Part shown: piece by piece, positions 52,425-53,801 of the stretch
Layout of the letters: every line of letters begins with the position of its first letter
Position numbering within the stretch: position 1 is the first letter of the stretch
Source: Massilibacillus sp.
Lineage (GTDB): Bacteria > Bacillota > Negativicutes > JARBTT01
Assembly (NCBI GenBank): GCA_029240055.1
Contig: JARBTT010000003.1
Location: forward strand, 1-53,801
Length of the DNA stretch: 53,801 bases
Reading direction: 5' to 3'
The notes under the pieces: model-generated
Seen by the model: the letters and a program-made list of their open reading frames with translations, nothing else
The model's database searches: none
Told to the model about the DNA's origin: nothing
Program-made: the position numbers and the translations under genes

Positions 52425-53801
52425 TGGGCAAGCTCTGGGGTGGAAGATTTTCAAAAACAACCGATGAGATGATCAACGAATTCCAAGCGTCCATCTCATT
52501 TGATAAACGTATGTATCATGAAGATATCGCTGGTTCTATCGCCCATGCAACCATGCTTGCAAAGTGCGGTATTATCTCCGATCAAGATAAAGACGCAATC
52601 GTTGACGGGTTAAAAGGCATATTAGCCGATATCGAGGCAGGCAACTTCTCTTTTGAAGTTGCCCTCGAAGATATTCATATGAATATCGAAAAACGTTTAA
52701 CCGATCGCATCGGCGAAGCAGGCGGTAGACTTCATACCGCGCGTAGCCGTAACGACCAAGTTGCCCTTGATACCCACATGTATGTACGTAAAGAAGTGGC
52801 CAATATCGCAAAAATTCTTTTAGATATGGAAAAAGCCTTGGTAGAAACAGCAGAAAAAAATTCTGATGTGATCATGCCAGGCTATACGCATCTACAACGC
52901 GCGCAGCCTATTTTATTCTCGCATCATTTACTTGCGTATTTTTCCATGCTAAACCGAGATTTTTCTCGGTTGCAAGGGGTGTATGAACGCGCTGATATTA
53001 TGCCACTAGGAGCTGGCGCACTTGCTGGTACGACATTTCCTATCGACAGACATTTTGTCGCGGAGCAATTGAACTTTGGTGCGGTATATAACAACAGCTT
53101 AGACGCTGTAAGTGATCGCGACTATATCTTAGAATTTTTATCCTTTGCATCGATCTTAATGATGCATCTTAGCCGTATCAGTGAAGAAATTATTTTATGG
53201 TGTTCAAAAGAGTTTTCTTTTGTTGAACTTGACGATGCACATTGCACAGGTTCGAGCATGATGCCACAAAAGAAAAATCCTGATGTGTCTGAGCTTGTAA
53301 GAGGTAAAACTGGTCGGGTAATCGGTCATCTTATGGCGATGCTTACGACAGCAAAAGGCTTACCACTTGCCTATAATAAAGATTTACAAGAAGATAAAGA
53401 AGGTTTGTTTGATACCATTGATACGGTAAAATTCAGCCTAAGTGTCTATGCGCAAATGATCAAAGCAATGCGTGTAAACAAAGATGTCATGCTATCGGCA
53501 GTCAGAGAAGATTTCTCCAATGCAACAGATTTAGCGGATTACCTCGTGAAAAAAGGCCTGCCATTTAGACAAGCCCATGAAGTATCAGGTAAAAGCGTTC
53601 ACTATTGCATTGAAAATAATAAATGGTTGATGGATTTATCCCTAGAAGAATTTAAACAATTCTCACCATTATTTGAAGCCGATATCCTAGAAGCGATCAA
53701 AGCAGAAACCTGCGTAGAAAATCGCAATTCCTTTGGTGGTACTTCCTACAAACAAGTAGAGTTAAACTTAAAAAATGCTGAGGAAATCATGGGTAAACAT
53801 C
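52424..53801 (+). CDS. argH: Argininosuccinate lyase (3' end beyond the window; absent from the ORF track)
   Basis: Manual translation: MGKLWGGRF..., [42 protein letters not shown]. Confidence 0.98.
   Translation, partial: MGKLWGGRFSKTTDEMINEFQASISFDKRMYHEDIAGSIAHATMLAKCGIISDQDKDAIVDGLKGILADIEAGNFSFEVALEDIHMNIEKRLTDRIGEAGGRLHTARSRNDQVALDTHMYVRKEVANIAKILLDMEKALVETAEKNSDVIMPGYTHLQRAQPILFSHHLLAYFSMLNRDFSRLQGVYERADIMPLGAGALAGTTFPIDRHFVAEQLNFGAVYNNSLDAVSDRDYILEFLSFASILMMHLSRISEEIILWCSKEFSFVELDDAHCTGSSMMPQKKNPDVSELVRGKTGRVIGHLMAMLTTAKGLPLAYNKDLQEDKEGLFDTIDTVKFSLSVYAQMIKAMRVNKDVMLSAVREDFSNATDLADYLVKKGLPFRQAHEVSGKSVHYCIENNKWLMDLSLEEFKQFSPLFEADILEAIKAETCVENRNSFGGTSYKQVELNLKNAEEIMGKH

Overview
A low-GC Firmicute chromosomal segment, most likely from a diderm Negativicute (Selenomonadales-like). 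The inference rests on a TonB-dependent outer-membrane receptor sitting among Firmicute-type ribosomal operons, plus a CwlD-like amidase and sigH/sigE-like promoters that suggest sporulation. From left to right: (1) the 3' part of araB, which is frameshifted at an A7 run, then araA and araD; (2) a glucitol-family PTS operon (SorC-type regulator, gutM, srlA, srlE, srlB) that ends in a SAF-domain oxidoreductase rather than srlD; (3) the complete ybxF-str-S10-spc-alpha ribosomal cluster, then ecfA1A2T-truA and rplM-rpsI; (4) an accessory stretch with a secreted hypothetical protein, a DASS transporter, an orphan Nif11-like peptide, an SH3/NlpC-P60 peptidase, a transglycosylase and a CwlD-like amidase; (5) a Fur-boxed Fec-type ABC transporter with the TonB-dependent receptor; (6) argCJBDFGH, with argH running off the end. 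No rRNA, tRNA, CRISPR array or transposase was seen. The most interesting leads are the orphan Nif11-like peptide linked to the NlpC/P60 gene through alternative RNA pairings, the srlD-less PTS pathway, a k-turn-like S10 leader downstream of the k-turn binder YbxF, an attenuator-like element between rplQ and ecfA, paired perfect DnaA boxes before rplM, and a candidate small RNA before argC. All calls are made by eye, with no database searches or folding computations.
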